Part shown: piece after piece, positions 39,314 to 50,856 of the stretch
Position numbering within the stretch: position 1 is the first letter of the stretch
How the letters are laid out: the number at the start of each line of letters is the position of its first letter
NCBI GenBank assembly: GCA_033764955.1
Contig: JANRIL010000020.1
Coordinates: 1-64,000, forward strand
Direction of reading: 5' to 3'
Length of the DNA: 64,000 nucleotides
Origin: Cyanobacteriota bacterium
GTDB taxonomy: Bacteria; Cyanobacteriota; Cyanobacteriia; Thermostichales; Thermostichaceae
Notes under the pieces: generated by a model
Databases searched by the model: none
Told to the model about the DNA's origin: nothing
What the model saw: the letters and a program-made list of their open reading frames with translations, nothing else
Program-made: the position numbers and the translations under genes

Positions 39314-40270
39314 TTAGGCCGCTTGAGCCTGCTGATCCGCAAAGCTACTTGTTTCTGCACCCACCTCCAAAGGGGGGTAGAGTTTATAAAATTTCTCGAT
39401 GGTTTCCCGAAAGCCCTCCTCTGGAGTTTCCGACCCCTTCAGTACCTCTGACTCATTGAGGGCAATCATTTTCTCCACTTCGTCGAGACTGCTGAGAGCT
39501 TCCTGCTTGAGAAGGCTGAGCAGATCATTGGAACGTACCAATCGCAGCTCATCTTCCGCTTGGCGAAGGGATTGGGTGACAGCTTGCAGTTGGGCTTGCT
39601 GCTGCTGCCAGATGGACTCAGCTTGCTTAGCACGGGCTTCGGCTCGCAGTTGCGCTTGTAGGGCATCATCCCGTTGATTGCTGATCCGCAGGATTTCCGC
39701 TTGGGCTTGTTGCAGTTGGGCTTGCAGGTTGGTTTGTTCGGCTTCACTGCGGCTGAGGGCGGCTTCGGCACGATGGGCACGATTTTCGGCAGCTTGGTGC
39801 AATTGGCGAGATTCCAGCAGTTGCAAACGCAAGACCGCAATTTCATCCTCCAGTTGACCCAACCGTTGCAGTTGCTGGTGGAGCTGGGTGTTTTCCTCTT
39901 CTAGTCGTGCGACAAGTTGCTGGCTGCTTTCCAGGGCGGCTTGAGTCGTGGTGGCTTGAGCCACAAGCTGATCGTAGTTGCTGATCATCTCCCCCAAGCT
40001 ATCGGCTTGGCTGGCCAATTCTGCCTTGAGGGTTTCGATCCGTTGATCGGTGGATTCCAGTTGTTTTCTTAGGCGTTCCGCTTGCTGCACCTGCTCGTGC
40101 AGAGGCTGCATCTGTTTGAACAAATAAATAAATTTTCGTTGCAAATCAGAATGAGAAATATCGAGGCGAGCGTAAGCATCATTGAGGGTTAAATACGCAT
40201 CGCAGAGCTTGGTATAGCGGTTCGCTACAGAATCAGAATGGGTCATGGCGGTGGCGGGTGGGGTTTGCAC
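39314..40270 (-). CDS. Long coiled-coil protein
   Basis: Q/E/L/A-rich heptads over about 200 aa; alternative start ATG 40246. Confidence 0.75.
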   Translation of the reverse strand: MQTPPATAMTHSDSVANRYTKLCDAYLTLNDAYARLDISHSDLQRKFIYLFKQMQPLHEQVQQAERLRKQLESTDQRIETLKAELASQADSLGEMISNYDQLVAQATTTQAALESSQQLVARLEEENTQLHQQLQRLGQLEDEIAVLRLQLLESRQLHQAAENRAHRAEAALSRSEAEQTNLQAQLQQAQAEILRISNQRDDALQAQLRAEARAKQAESIWQQQQAQLQAVTQSLRQAEDELRLVRSNDLLSLLKQEALSSLDEVEKMIALNESEVLKGSETPEEGFRETIEKFYKLYPPLEVGAETSSFADQQAQAA

Positions 40271-40580
40271 TTATTCTAGACAAAGCAAGCCAGAATCAAG
40301 CATTGAGAATCGCAAAACTATTAGGGAGAATATGAAGATTTGAGGGGTAGAAAGCCGAAATTCTTCTAAAGAGAAGCTTGCCTAGGCAGATTTAGTGGGG
40401 GGAATCGGGTAAAGCAATCGAGAAAAACTTGTCACCATTTCGTCAGCATCTCATCACAATCTAGAAAAGGTAAAAATAGGGATCCCCAACATTTTGACGG
40501 GGGTTTTAGTTGGGTATAGCGTGATCTAATCTTCAAAAGGTCGATTGACACTACAGGTTGATTTTTGGGCAGGGTGGAGG

Positions 40581-41990
40581 CTAAGGGATGCGCTGGGGGA
40601 GAGGGGCGGCACAGATGCCCTGGGCTTCCAAAAAGGCCGCTACCCGCAACAGGGATCCCTCGCGGTAGGGGGCGGCGATCAGTTGTACCCCCACCGGTAA
40701 GCCCCCTGACTGGCTGGCCGGAACGGGAGCCGAGAGGGCTGGCAGGCCAATAAAGGAGATAGGCTGAGTATAAAGACCTAAATTAGGGCGCGTCAAGACC
40801 TCTTGTCCGTCGATCGGCATGGTCTCTTGCCCAATCAGGGGAGCGGAACAGGGGGTGGTGGGGGTGATGATCACATCCACCTCTTCCCACAACGCCTGCA
40901 CCTGCTGGCGATACCAAGCCCGAAATCGTTGAGCCTGTTGCACCCAGAGAGCAGGGATCAAGGCTCCGGCTAAAAAGCGATCCCGTGTGGCCGGATCGTA
41001 GTCGTGGGGGCGGGTTTTCAGGTCGGCCAGATGCAGGTTGGCTCCTTCGGCGGCAGTAATCACAAAGGCAGCGGCTCTGGCGGTGGCAGCCTGCGGGATC
41101 CTGATAAACTGGCTCACCCCCAAGGCTTGAGCTACTTGAGCCACAGCCGTGAAAACCGCAGGTTCGGCACCACGGGCAAAATAGTCATCCGCCAGCGCGA
41201 TTTTTAAGCCGTCGATCCCTCTCTCCAGTTGGGGCAAGGTGGTGTCACCGGGGCGATCGCTGGCAACGGGATCGCGGCTATCTGTCCCCTGCATAAGATC
41301 AAAGCTGAGAGCCAAATCGCGCACCGATCGAGAAAACGGGCCAATATGGTCAAAACTGCCCGCAAACAAAAAAGCCCCTGCCCGCGACAAGCGGCCATAG
41401 GTCGGTTTGAGTCCCCAGATACCGCAGAGGGAGGCGGGTACGCGGATCGAGCCGTTGGTGTCGGATCCCAACGAAAAGGGCACCAATCCCGCCGCCACCG
41501 CTGCCGCCGATCCGCCGGAGGATCCCCCAGCCACCCGTGCCGGATCATGGGGGTTGCGCGTCGGGCCGTAGTGGCTGTTTTCGGTGACAAACCCATAGGC
41601 AAACTCATCCATATTGAGTGCCCCCAGCAAAATAGCCCCGGCTTGCTTGAGGCGGGTAACGGCGGTGGCATCTTGTCGGGCGGGGGGGGCTGTTTGGCGA
41701 ATTTTAGATCCCGCCAGGGTAGGGATCCCTTCGATATCAAAGAGGTTTTTCACGGCAAAAGGGACTCCTGCCAGGGGGCCAGGGTCTTGACCGCGCCCTA
41801 GTTGCTGGTCAATCTGATCGGCAGTGGCGAGGGCAGAGTCGGCTAGAACGGCTGTGAAGCAGTTGAAGGTGCTGTCCTGCTCGGCAATTTGGCTAAGAGC
41901 CGCCGTCACCACCTGACGGGCGCTAGTTTGACCGGAACGAATGGCGGCGGCAATGGCAATGGCATCGCGGTGATGGGGATGAACGGTCAT
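40581..41990 (-). CDS. AtzE-family amidase
   Basis: [28 protein letters not shown] amidase signature. Confidence 0.9.
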   Translation of the reverse strand: MTVHPHHRDAIAIAAAIRSGQTSARQVVTAALSQIAEQDSTFNCFTAVLADSALATADQIDQQLGRGQDPGPLAGVPFAVKNLFDIEGIPTLAGSKIRQTAPPARQDATAVTRLKQAGAILLGALNMDEFAYGFVTENSHYGPTRNPHDPARVAGGSSGGSAAAVAAGLVPFSLGSDTNGSIRVPASLCGIWGLKPTYGRLSRAGAFLFAGSFDHIGPFSRSVRDLALSFDLMQGTDSRDPVASDRPGDTTLPQLERGIDGLKIALADDYFARGAEPAVFTAVAQVAQALGVSQFIRIPQAATARAAAFVITAAEGANLHLADLKTRPHDYDPATRDRFLAGALIPALWVQQAQRFRAWYRQQVQALWEEVDVIITPTTPCSAPLIGQETMPIDGQEVLTRPNLGLYTQPISFIGLPALSAPVPASQSGGLPVGVQLIAAPYREGSLLRVAAFLEAQGICAAPLPQRIP

Positions 41991-42005
41991 GGCTGGCTCG
42001 CGGAG

Positions 42006-42200
42006 TTAGGGGTGAAAGACGGGTGCCGCTTCGATCTCTGGAGGGAGCGGAAACTCCATCACTAACGCGGCGATCCCCTGGATCCGCTCAAAGTTGGCGA
42101 TCACCCCTGCTCGATATTCGGTATCCAACGGTAGGCCAATCAGCTCGGCCATCTGGTCAACATAGGCCACTAGGGATCCCTCTGCTTCTGCCATCGACAT
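42006..42200 (-). CDS. DUF4089 / AtzG-like small amidase partner
   Basis: YVDQMAELIGLPL...GVIANF...EAAPVFHP; directly upstream of the AtzE-like gene. Confidence 0.8.
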   Translation of the reverse strand: MSMAEAEGSLVAYVDQMAELIGLPLDTEYRAGVIANFERIQGIAALVMEFPLPPEIEAAPVFHP

Positions 42201-42253
42201 GCCCCAACGCTCTGGCTATGCTATCACCCTCTTTGCCCGATTCTGCCCACAGC

Positions 42254-43678
42254 CTAACCATCTCTATCCGAATCCTCCGCTTGCTCCATCGGGGATGCGG
42301 GGGGGATCGCCAAAATCAAGGCATCCAAAACCCGACTGACCGGACTAAGGCGCATCCCCAAATCCGCCAAACGACTGAGGGAACTGCTCTGGGGAATGAT
42401 GGCATGACTAAAGCCCAACTTAGCGGCTTCCTTGAGGCGTTGCTCCAGTTGTCCCACCGGGCGTACCTGTCCCCCCAAGCCCACCTCCCCGATCAGCACC
42501 GTCTGGGGATCCATGACCCGATCCCGAAAGCTGGCAGCAATCGCCACCGCCACCCCCAGGTCAGCAGCAGGTTCGGCAACGTGGATCCCCCCGGCGGAGG
42601 CAATGTAGGCGTCATATTTGGAGAGGGGGATCCCAACCCGTTTTTCCAAAACCGCCAAGATCTGGTGAAAACGATTGGCTTCGATGCCGGTGCTACTGCG
42701 CCGTGGCGAACTGTAGCTAGTCGGGCTGACTAGGGCTTGCACCTCCACCAGGAGAGGTCGGGATCCCTCACAGGCAACGATGGTAGCGGTGCCAGGGGAA
42801 AGGGAGTCGCGGCTGATAAATAGCTCGGATGGATTGTCAATTTCCATCAATCCTCCCCCCCCCATGTCAAAGATCCCCAATTCTTGACTGGCTCCAAAGC
42901 GGTTTTTTACCGACCGCAGTAGGCGATGGCTTTGAAATCGATCTCCCTCAAAATAAAGCACAGTATCCACTAAATGCTCCAAGACTTTTGGGCCAGCAAT
43001 CGCCCCGTCTTTCGTGACATGCCCCACGATCAGCAAACTGATATTTAGCTTTTTCGCCGCCCGCATCAGAGCGCCTGTGCATTCCCGCACCTGAGAAACC
43101 GACCCCGCCGCCGAGGTGATCTGCGACCAAAAGATCGACTGAATACTGTCAATCACCGCCACTTTGGGTAGGAGGGATTGCAGCTCTAACAAAATGGCCT
43201 CCAGATCGGTTTCGGCTAACAAATAAAGCTGAGCAGAATCCACACCCAACCGTTCGGCCCGCAGTTTAATTTGTTGGGCAGATTCCTCCCCTGACACATA
43301 CAGCAGGCGGTTCGCCTCGGCTAAGTGCTGACAGGTTTGCAGCAGCAGCGTACTTTTGCCAATTCCAGGATCCCCCCCAATCAGCACCAGGGATCCCGGC
43401 ACAATCCCTCCCCCCAAGACCCGATCAAACTCGCCAAAACCAGAGGTCAAGCGGGGCTGAGGATCGGGGCGCACCTCCGGTAGAGGAACAGCCAACTGAG
43501 GCGAGCCAGGGCTGAGTTTGGCGATAGATCCCACCTGAGGACGGGTGGATTTAGTCGCTACCGCGAGAGCCACCTCCGTCAGGGATCCCCAACTATCGCA
43601 GTTGGAACAACGCCCCAAATAGCGGACAAACTTTTCTCCGCAGTTGTTACAAACCCACTCTGACTTGGCTTTTGCCAT
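42254..43678 (-). CDS. radA: DNA repair protein RadA/Sms
   Basis: C4 zinc finger, GDPGIGKS, KNRFG. Confidence 0.96.
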   Translation of the reverse strand: MAKAKSEWVCNNCGEKFVRYLGRCSNCDSWGSLTEVALAVATKSTRPQVGSIAKLSPGSPQLAVPLPEVRPDPQPRLTSGFGEFDRVLGGGIVPGSLVLIGGDPGIGKSTLLLQTCQHLAEANRLLYVSGEESAQQIKLRAERLGVDSAQLYLLAETDLEAILLELQSLLPKVAVIDSIQSIFWSQITSAAGSVSQVRECTGALMRAAKKLNISLLIVGHVTKDGAIAGPKVLEHLVDTVLYFEGDRFQSHRLLRSVKNRFGASQELGIFDMGGGGLMEIDNPSELFISRDSLSPGTATIVACEGSRPLLVEVQALVSPTSYSSPRRSSTGIEANRFHQILAVLEKRVGIPLSKYDAYIASAGGIHVAEPAADLGVAVAIAASFRDRVMDPQTVLIGEVGLGGQVRPVGQLEQRLKEAAKLGFSHAIIPQSSSLSRLADLGMRLSPVSRVLDALILAIPPASPMEQAEDSDRDG

Positions 43679-43896
43679 TGGTAAAATCGGCCAGCCCGCC
43701 TACCAGAATTATCTCAAAGGCTCAATGTTTAGGATTTCATGTTTAGGAGCCGATTTCTAGGATCCCATGGCATGGGATGCCTAGCATCTGCCTGTTGCGC
43801 GCTCCTATCATTTGAAGGTTATCTGTTCAACTGACAAACCAGCTAGATTAGAATTTCTACTCCACACTCTAGCCTTCTTCATCTCTGCACAGCACC

Positions 43897-45015
43897 ATGA
43901 TTTCTACCTCTGCTGCTCCGGTGGCTTCCAGCCTGCCCATCAAACCCCCGATTGTTGCCGCTCTCTCTGGTGGAGTGGATAGTTCGACGGTGGCGGGATT
44001 GCTCCACCAAGAGGGCTATGCCGTAGTAGGGGTGACCCTCTGGCTGATGCAGGGCAAAGGCCAGTGCTGTACCGATGGCTTAGTGGATGCCGCCACCATT
44101 TGTGAGCAATTGGGGATCCCCCATCACGTGGTGGATAGTCGGGAGGTTTTTCAGACCCAGATCATCGACTATCTGGTGACAGGCTACGCCGATGGCGTCA
44201 CCCCCCTACCCTGTTCTCAGTGCAATAAAACCGTCAAATTTGGCCCCCTGCTCACCTATGCCCGTGAAACCCTCGGAATTGACCGGATCGCCACCGGACA
44301 CTACGCCCGTATCCAACGGGATCCCCAAACCGGACGGTATCAACTGCGGCGCGCCCTGGATCGCAGCAAAGACCAGTCCTATTTCCTCTACGATCTCAGC
44401 CAGGATCATCTGGCGGGATCCCTATTTCCTCTGGGGGACTTTACGAAAGCCGAAACCCGTCGGATCGCCGCTCAATTAGGACTCGCCACCGCCGCCAAAC
44501 CCGAAAGCCAGGATCTCTGTTTAATCGAAACCCACGGCTCGATGCAGAAGTTCCTGGATCACTACATTCCGGCGGGCAAAGGCCAGATTGTCGATACCCA
44601 AGGTCACGTCCTGGGAGAACACGACGGCATTCACCATTACACCGTCGGACAACGCAAAGGGTTGGGAATTGCTGCCCCTCACCCCCTCTACGTGGTGCGT
44701 CTGGATCGAGCCATGAACCGTGTGGTAGTGGGAGAACGGCAGGAAGCGACCCAAAGCGCAGCCACGGTGCGGCAGGTCAACTGGGTGTCGATCCCCTGCC
44801 CCGGTGAAGCCATCCCCGCTAGCGTACAGGTGCGCTACCGAACGGATCCTGTCCCCGCCTTAGTCACCCCCATGCCAGATGCCCAGGGATCCCTGACCCG
44901 TGCCCATCTTCAGTTTGCCGAGCCGCAATTTGGCGTCACCCCCGGACAGGCGGCTGTTTGGTATGACGGGGATTGTGTTTTGGGAGGCGGCTTGTTAGAA
45001 CGACTGGTAGAGTAA
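43897..45015 (+). CDS. mnmA: tRNA 2-thiouridylase
   Basis: SGGVDS, ATGHYA, KDQSYFL, ESQDLC, TPGQAAV. Confidence 0.96.
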   Translation: MISTSAAPVASSLPIKPPIVAALSGGVDSSTVAGLLHQEGYAVVGVTLWLMQGKGQCCTDGLVDAATICEQLGIPHHVVDSREVFQTQIIDYLVTGYADGVTPLPCSQCNKTVKFGPLLTYARETLGIDRIATGHYARIQRDPQTGRYQLRRALDRSKDQSYFLYDLSQDHLAGSLFPLGDFTKAETRRIAAQLGLATAAKPESQDLCLIETHGSMQKFLDHYIPAGKGQIVDTQGHVLGEHDGIHHYTVGQRKGLGIAAPHPLYVVRLDRAMNRVVVGERQEATQSAATVRQVNWVSIPCPGEAIPASVQVRYRTDPVPALVTPMPDAQGSLTRAHLQFAEPQFGVTPGQAAVWYDGDCVLGGGLLERLVE

Positions 45016-45046
45016 GGATGTCAGACCGATCCAGTAGGAGTGTTTT

Positions 45047-45928
45047 GTGTTTAGCATCACTACCCATCAACAGCAATACACCACCTACGTACTATCGGAT
45101 CTGTTCGCCCAGTCGCAGGTGGAAGTGGTGCCGGAGCGAGGGGGGATCCTCACCCAGTGGCGAATTCAGGATCAAGAGCTTCTCTACCTCGATCATGAAC
45201 GATTTACCCACCCAGAATTAACCGTGCGGGGGGGGATCCCGGTACTGTTTCCCATCTGTGGCAATCTGCCCAATGATACGTACCACTATCAAGGCAAGCC
45301 CTACACCCTCAAACAACACGGGTTTGCCCGTAACCTCCCTTGGCAGGTGGTGGATCAAGACAGTGATGGCGTAGCCAGCTTGACGGTGATGCTCGACAGT
45401 AGCCAAGAAACCCTCTTGTACTATCCTTTTGAGTTTACTCTGGCGCTTACCTATCAACTGATGGGTCAAACCTTAACCGTCCGGCAACACCTCACCAATC
45501 GCTCAGAGCAACCCATGCCCTTCGTTCTGGGGTTTCATCCCTACTTTGCCGCTCCCAACAAATCTCAGTTAAAGTTTGGGATCCCAGCGAAAGCCTTCTA
45601 CGATCACCTCAGCCAAACCTCCCGTCCCTTTGACGGCTCCTTCGATCTGACTCAGCCAGAAATCGATGTAGCCTTCAAGCAACCCTCCAGCCAATCGGCA
45701 ACCGTCAGCGATCCTAGCCTTAACCGCCAACTTACCCTCAAATATGGGGATCCCTACTCCACCCTTGTCTTCTGGACAGTCCTGGGCAAAGACTTTTACT
45801 GCCTAGAACCGTGGACGGCTCCGCGCAATGCCCTCAATACCGGAGAGCAACTCATTACGCTGTCCAGTGGAGAAAGCTTTGAGTCCCAGTTTTCGCTAAC
45901 GGTTAGTCTGCTCAACCCCTCTGCCTAA
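45047..45928 (+). CDS. Aldose 1-epimerase family protein
   Basis: RGGIPVLFP, QHGFAR, GFHPYF, CLEPW. Confidence 0.9.
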   Translation: MFSITTHQQQYTTYVLSDLFAQSQVEVVPERGGILTQWRIQDQELLYLDHERFTHPELTVRGGIPVLFPICGNLPNDTYHYQGKPYTLKQHGFARNLPWQVVDQDSDGVASLTVMLDSSQETLLYYPFEFTLALTYQLMGQTLTVRQHLTNRSEQPMPFVLGFHPYFAAPNKSQLKFGIPAKAFYDHLSQTSRPFDGSFDLTQPEIDVAFKQPSSQSATVSDPSLNRQLTLKYGDPYSTLVFWTVLGKDFYCLEPWTAPRNALNTGEQLITLSSGESFESQFSLTVSLLNPSA

Positions 45929-46073
45929 TCGAGAGAGGAACTCCCCATCCCTCAGCTCAGCCCAAGAGAATCACCCCAAAGATAGGCAACAGGTACATAC
46001 CACTGCTCTCATTCCCACCTAAAGAAGTGATAGGAATGAGAGAGGGACAGGAGATGGGGATCCCCTACCTTGA

Positions 46074-46181
46074 TTACATGTCGGCTCCCCGCAGATAGAG
46101 GGCAAAGATCACCAGCGGACCTGCCAACACGATCAGCGCCAACAAAGCCAGTTGAATAAACACTTCGTATTGTCCGAACAT
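46074..46181 (-). CDS. psb30: Photosystem II reaction centre protein Psb30 (Ycf12), missed by the ORF track
   Basis: MFGQYEVFIQLALLALIVLAGPLVIFALYLRGADM (35 aa): EVxxQL...AGPxxIF...R pattern of Ycf12. Confidence 0.85.
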   Translation of the reverse strand: MFGQYEVFIQLALLALIVLAGPLVIFALYLRGADM

Positions 46182-46286
46182 AGTTTCTAATCCTGCACAA
46201 TCTTGCCAACGCCCGTTATCTTAAGGGATCGCGGTTGCCCCAGATGAGAGAGTCGAAACAAAAGTTGATATTTTTACCCTTCCTGT

Positions 46287-47582
46287 TTACCGTTCCTGCT
46301 GGGGCTGGAGGTGCAGGGGATCCAGGTTGAACAGTTCCTGTAGGGTGCGCATAGCGGCTCGCCGAGCTTCGATATCCCGCTTTGCCCGCAGTTGCACCAT
46401 CGGATCGTGCAAAATTTTGTTGACAATGCCACGGGTCAGGGCATCAATCACTTCCATATGCTTATCGGCAAAATCTTTCCCCAAGCGAGAAAGCGCCTTT
46501 TCCATCTCCTGCTCTCGGATCGTTTCTACTTTATGGCGGAGGCTGTTGATCGTAGGCACCGTTTCCAAAGAACGCCACCATTCGTGAAACTGTTCTCCCT
46601 CCTCCTCAAGCAGGGCTTCGGCGGCCACCGCCAAGCGTTGCCGATAAGCGCGGTTTTCTTCAACAATCACGGAGAGGTGATCGACGTTAAACACTTTGAC
46701 ACCACCCAACTGCTCGACATCGGCAGCAATATTGCGGGGGACGGAAATATCTACCATCAAAAGGGGCTGATCGATTTGCAGCAACGGCTCTAGGTGATGG
46801 CAGGTCAAAATTGGTTCGGTGGCTCCCGTGCTGGTAAACACCAACTGTGACTCACTCACGCAGGAAAGGAGAGCCTCCCAAGGCTGGATTTGAATCGGAT
46901 GATCAAACTGGCTGACCATCTCTTGGGCGCGCTCTTGGGAACGATTGACCACCGTAATATCCACGGCTCCTTTAGCCAAGAGGTGCTGCACCAGCAGACG
47001 GGACATTTTGCCCGCTCCCACCACGGTAATTTTGCCCTGAGCCAAATTGCCTTGGGTTTGGATGGCTAACTCCACAGCCGCCGAGCTGATGGACATCGCT
47101 CCCGTGCCGATCTCGGTTTCTGTGCGTACTCGTTTACCCGCCGTGATCGCGCCTTTGAACAAGCGGTTGAGGATGCGATCCATACCATGGCAGGCTTGCC
47201 CAAGCCGCTGGGCTGTTTTGACCTGAGCCAAGATCTGACCTTCTCCCAAAACAAGGCTATCCAGACCCGCCGCCACCCGTAGCAGGTGCATCACCGCGTC
47301 ATGGTAGATCAGGGTAAACAGGTGAGGGCGAATCACCGCTAGGTTAATTTGCTTAAACTCCGCCAAAAATTGCATGGTTTCCCGTACCCCACTTTCCACG
47401 TCAGGGGTGACAATGTAGACCTCCAGCCGATTGCAGGTACTCAGAATCGTGGCTTCATCAACATGAGGATAGCTGCATAACTGGGTAATAGCGGCTTCTA
47501 CCTGAGCTTCGGGAATGCTCAGTTGTTCCCGGACTTCCACCGGAGCGGTGCGATGGCTTAAACCCACAACGGCAATAAACAT
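46287..47582 (-). CDS. hemA: Glutamyl-tRNA reductase
   Basis: [32 protein letters not shown]. Confidence 0.96.
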   Translation of the reverse strand: MFIAVVGLSHRTAPVEVREQLSIPEAQVEAAITQLCSYPHVDEATILSTCNRLEVYIVTPDVESGVRETMQFLAEFKQINLAVIRPHLFTLIYHDAVMHLLRVAAGLDSLVLGEGQILAQVKTAQRLGQACHGMDRILNRLFKGAITAGKRVRTETEIGTGAMSISSAAVELAIQTQGNLAQGKITVVGAGKMSRLLVQHLLAKGAVDITVVNRSQERAQEMVSQFDHPIQIQPWEALLSCVSESQLVFTSTGATEPILTCHHLEPLLQIDQPLLMVDISVPRNIAADVEQLGGVKVFNVDHLSVIVEENRAYRQRLAVAAEALLEEEGEQFHEWWRSLETVPTINSLRHKVETIREQEMEKALSRLGKDFADKHMEVIDALTRGIVNKILHDPMVQLRAKRDIEARRAAMRTLQELFNLDPLHLQPQQER

Positions 47583-47952
47583 GTCTCTCCCTAATGTCTG
47601 CTACTGACGGTCTGAATCTGTGGCAGGAATTAATTCGGATCAAAAGCAAAATAAAAAATTGCTCAAGCTGATGGATGACGGCGGGGAAGGATTTGGATCC
47701 CCAAGCGAACGCTAGTGACTTCACCACAACCCTTCCATCCATCCATAAAAATGTCTTGATCTCAGCCTATCCGAGCAATAACAACAGTATCGGTCTCTGT
47801 CTGGCCGATTTTGCTGAAGAGTTGTTACGTTTTCCGGTGCCAGGATGGGTCATATTCTGTAATATTTGCGGCTCTTTCCCCCAGATGAGTTAATGGAGGA
47901 TCATCAGGATCCCAGCGTTGCTAGCCCCACGCTGAATGACTGAGGATAGCCC

Positions 47953-47985
47953 AAGAAAAGGGATCCCCCAGCCAGAGAGGATCCC
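47953..47985 (-). terminator. Probable intrinsic terminator of glpX
   Basis: GGGATCCTC-loop-GGGGATCCC stem followed by TTTTCTT on the minus strand. Confidence 0.55.
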
Positions 47986-48010
47986 AATGGATAGGCTTGA
48001 CCTCGTGGGT

Positions 48011-49051
48011 TTAGCGCAGTTGCAGGTTTTTGGGTTGACCATTGCTCATATGGATGGTGTCCACAAAGCGCACGGTTTTGGATTGGCTGGAGATAACGAG
48101 AGTTTCGGTGCGCGCCCCGCCGCCAAAAAAGCGAACCCCCTTCATCAAATCACCATCGGTGATGCCGGCGGCGGCAAACAGCACCTCTTTGCCACTGGCC
48201 AGTTCTTCACACTCAAAAATCTTGTCAGGATCTTGGATGCCCTTTTCTTGCAATTCACGGCGAGTTTCTTCTACAGGAGGCAAATAGGTTCCCGCTTGCA
48301 CCACCTCAGGGTCATAGATCAATCGCCCTTGGAAATGCGCCCCTAAACAGCGCAGGGCGGCGGCGGAAATCACCCCCTCCGGTGCTGCCCCAATCCCCAT
48401 CAGGGCATGAACCCCTGTGCCACTAAAGCCCGCCGAAAGAGCCGCCGAAATATCGCCATCGGAGATGAGCTTGACCCGTGCACCAGTGCCGCGAATTTCT
48501 TTGATTAATTCTGTGTGACGCTTGCGATCCATGACAATCACCACCAGATCAGCCACCTCCCGATCCAGGCACTCCGCAATGATTTTCAGGTTTTCGGTGG
48601 CAGATTTATCAATGTGGACTTTTCCTTTGGCTTCGGGAGGAGCCGCCAATTTTTGCATATAGATATCGGGGGCATTGAGCAACCCTCCCTTCTCTGAGAT
48701 CGCTAGCACCGCCATCGAGCCATTTTTTCCCCCTGCTACCAAGTTGGTGCCTTCGCAGGGATCCACAGCGATGTCAATCTCGGCCAATTCATCGAGCCGA
48801 CAAAACTGCTCGGCTTGAGGATGAGTGCAAATGCCTACTTCTTCTCCGATATAGAGCATGGGAGCCTCGTCCCTGGTCCCTTCCCCGATCACAATCCGCC
48901 CCCGCATATTGATGCGATTCATCCGTTCCCGCATGGCCTCTACCGCCACCTGGTCAGCCGTATGGTTATCCCCCTTTCCCATCCAACGCGCTGAGGCAAT
49001 AGCGGCTTGCTCAACCACTTCAATAATCTCTAGCCCCAAACTGTTATCCAC
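48011..49051 (-). CDS. glpX: Fructose-1,6-/sedoheptulose-1,7-bisphosphatase class II
   Basis: [29 protein letters not shown] start 49051 behind GGGAG. Confidence 0.95.
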   Translation of the reverse strand: MDNSLGLEIIEVVEQAAIASARWMGKGDNHTADQVAVEAMRERMNRINMRGRIVIGEGTRDEAPMLYIGEEVGICTHPQAEQFCRLDELAEIDIAVDPCEGTNLVAGGKNGSMAVLAISEKGGLLNAPDIYMQKLAAPPEAKGKVHIDKSATENLKIIAECLDREVADLVVIVMDRKRHTELIKEIRGTGARVKLISDGDISAALSAGFSGTGVHALMGIGAAPEGVISAAALRCLGAHFQGRLIYDPEVVQAGTYLPPVEETRRELQEKGIQDPDKIFECEELASGKEVLFAAAGITDGDLMKGVRFFGGGARTETLVISSQSKTVRFVDTIHMSNGQPKNLQLR

Positions 49052-49286
49052 GGTTGTCTCCCATTTGCTTGGTAGTTTTTCCTGTTTGACCATTAGTTTA
49101 CCAGGGTGAGGAGCCTCTCCCGTTGATCCTCCAAAGTAATTCTTAAGCAAACATAAAGAAGCCTAAAATCTAGACAGGATGAGCGATCCCCGGATCTGAT
49201 GTCGCCTATTGTCGATGGGGATCACGAGTGGTAAGCTAGGCGTAAAGCTTGATAAGTTTTTCTTAACTAATTCGTCTCAATACGCA

Positions 49287-49601
49287 ATGAAAAGATACGT
49301 CTTTACGAATGACTCAGACCGTGTTCAGGTGATCAAAACCCGAATCCGGCACTGGGAAAGAACTCTCTTTCCGGGGCAAGCCGCAACGTTTGAGGCGAAT
49401 CCAGAGGATTTTCTGGAGATCTATACCTATCAGGTGTCGAGTGCCCTCTTGGCGGATCGCACCCCTTGTTCTCGCCTGCCTACGCCTGACGAAGCGCGTG
49501 TTGGGGAACCCAGTGAAGCGTGCTCTGAGCTGCTTACCTTTGCCGGATCCCCACTGACAGCGGCTCTCAGCGATGGGCTGCGAGGGCGAGGTAGAGGGTG
49601 A
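49287..49601 (+). CDS. DUF1830-like cyanobacterial protein
   Basis: N.SDRVQVIK...WERTLFPGQ...FEA..E..LEIYT pattern. Confidence 0.7.
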   Translation: MKRYVFTNDSDRVQVIKTRIRHWERTLFPGQAATFEANPEDFLEIYTYQVSSALLADRTPCSRLPTPDEARVGEPSEACSELLTFAGSPLTAALSDGLRGRGRG

Positions 49602-49602
49602 C

Positions 49603-50748
49603 ATGGATGCTGGAGGGCTGGATCGCTATTGGATGCAGCACTGTCTATTTTTGGCTCAACAGGTCGAACGGCCTCCTTCTCCCAATCCGCGGGTGGGATC
49701 CGTGGTGGTGGCCGGGAGCCGCAGGGTAGGGGTCGGGTTTCATCCGGGGGCGGGTCAGCCTCATGCGGAGGTGTTCGCCCTGCGGCAGGCAGGCGGGTTG
49801 GCGCTAGGAGCCACCCTTTATGTCAACCTAGAACCCTGTGATCACTATGGGCGAACGCCCCCTTGTACCGACGCCATCCTGCGGGCGGGGGTGGGGCGGG
49901 TGGTAGTGGGCATGGGGGATCCCAATCCACGGGTGGCGGGGCGGGGGATCGCCCACTTGCGGCAGGCGGGGGTAGAGGTGACGGTGGGGGTGGAGGAGGC
50001 AGCCTGTCGGCAACTCAATGAGGCTTTTGGGTTTGCGATCCTGCAGCAACGCAGCTTTGGCATTCTTAAATATGCCATGACCTTGGATGGCAAAATTGCC
50101 ACGGCCACAGGCGATAGTCGCTGGGTTAGTGATCCCCTGTCGCGGCAATGGGTGCATCGTCTGCGCTCCCAGGTAGATGCCGTGGTGGTGGGGAGTGGTA
50201 CAGTCTGGCGAGATGATCCCCAACTCACCGCCCGCTGGGCAGGGATCCCGGAGGATGCTTACCAACCGTTGCGGGTGGTGGTGAGTCGCCGTTTGCATCT
50301 GCCTCGACAGGCTCAGATCTGGGATCCCCAGGTAGCCCCCACGCTGGTTTTTACCGAAGCCCCTGCGGATGGGGAGATGCAAGGTTTTTTGCAGGATCGG
50401 GGGATCGAGGTGGTGGAGCTACCCCAGCTTACCCCTGAGCAGGTACCCCAATGGCTTTATCGGCAGAAGGGCTGTTTAGCCTTGTTATGGGAATGTGGCG
50501 GAACCCTGGCCGCCGCCGCTCTGCAAGCCGGAGCCATTCAAAAAGTCGCGGCCTTTATTGCCCCGAAACTGGTGGGGGGATCCACGGCGGCTACTCCCCT
50601 AGCTGGAGAAGGGATCCCTGTGATGGCAAATGCCCTTGGTTTGCAGGGGGTGACGGTTCAAGCCATCGGCAGCGATTGGTTAATGGAGGGCTACCTACCG
50701 GAGTTTTTATCTGCAAAAGAATCGGGTGGGGGAGACTCCACTCCCTAA
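49603..50748 (+). CDS. ribD: Riboflavin biosynthesis deaminase/reductase
   Basis: PNPRVG, HAE, LEPCDHYGRTPPC, KYAMTLDGKIA. Confidence 0.95.
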   Translation: MDAGGLDRYWMQHCLFLAQQVERPPSPNPRVGSVVVAGSRRVGVGFHPGAGQPHAEVFALRQAGGLALGATLYVNLEPCDHYGRTPPCTDAILRAGVGRVVVGMGDPNPRVAGRGIAHLRQAGVEVTVGVEEAACRQLNEAFGFAILQQRSFGILKYAMTLDGKIATATGDSRWVSDPLSRQWVHRLRSQVDAVVVGSGTVWRDDPQLTARWAGIPEDAYQPLRVVVSRRLHLPRQAQIWDPQVAPTLVFTEAPADGEMQGFLQDRGIEVVELPQLTPEQVPQWLYRQKGCLALLWECGGTLAAAALQAGAIQKVAAFIAPKLVGGSTAATPLAGEGIPVMANALGLQGVTVQAIGSDWLMEGYLPEFLSAKESGGGDSTP

Positions 50749-50856
50749 CCGAGGGATCCCCACAACTGGGATCCTTTCCCTACTGGTAGTAGTGTGGGTA
50801 AAATCTTAAAACACTAGATATATTAATTGGATAGAGATCGCCGGGGGAGATATCCC

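Noticed and set aside
46009..46209. 66-aa minus-strand ORF
   Set aside because: Alternative frame of psb30
47665..47750. Possible structured leader or attenuator upstream of hemA
   Set aside because: Pairing is interrupted and low-complexity (GGAT repeats); no recognisable riboswitch motif
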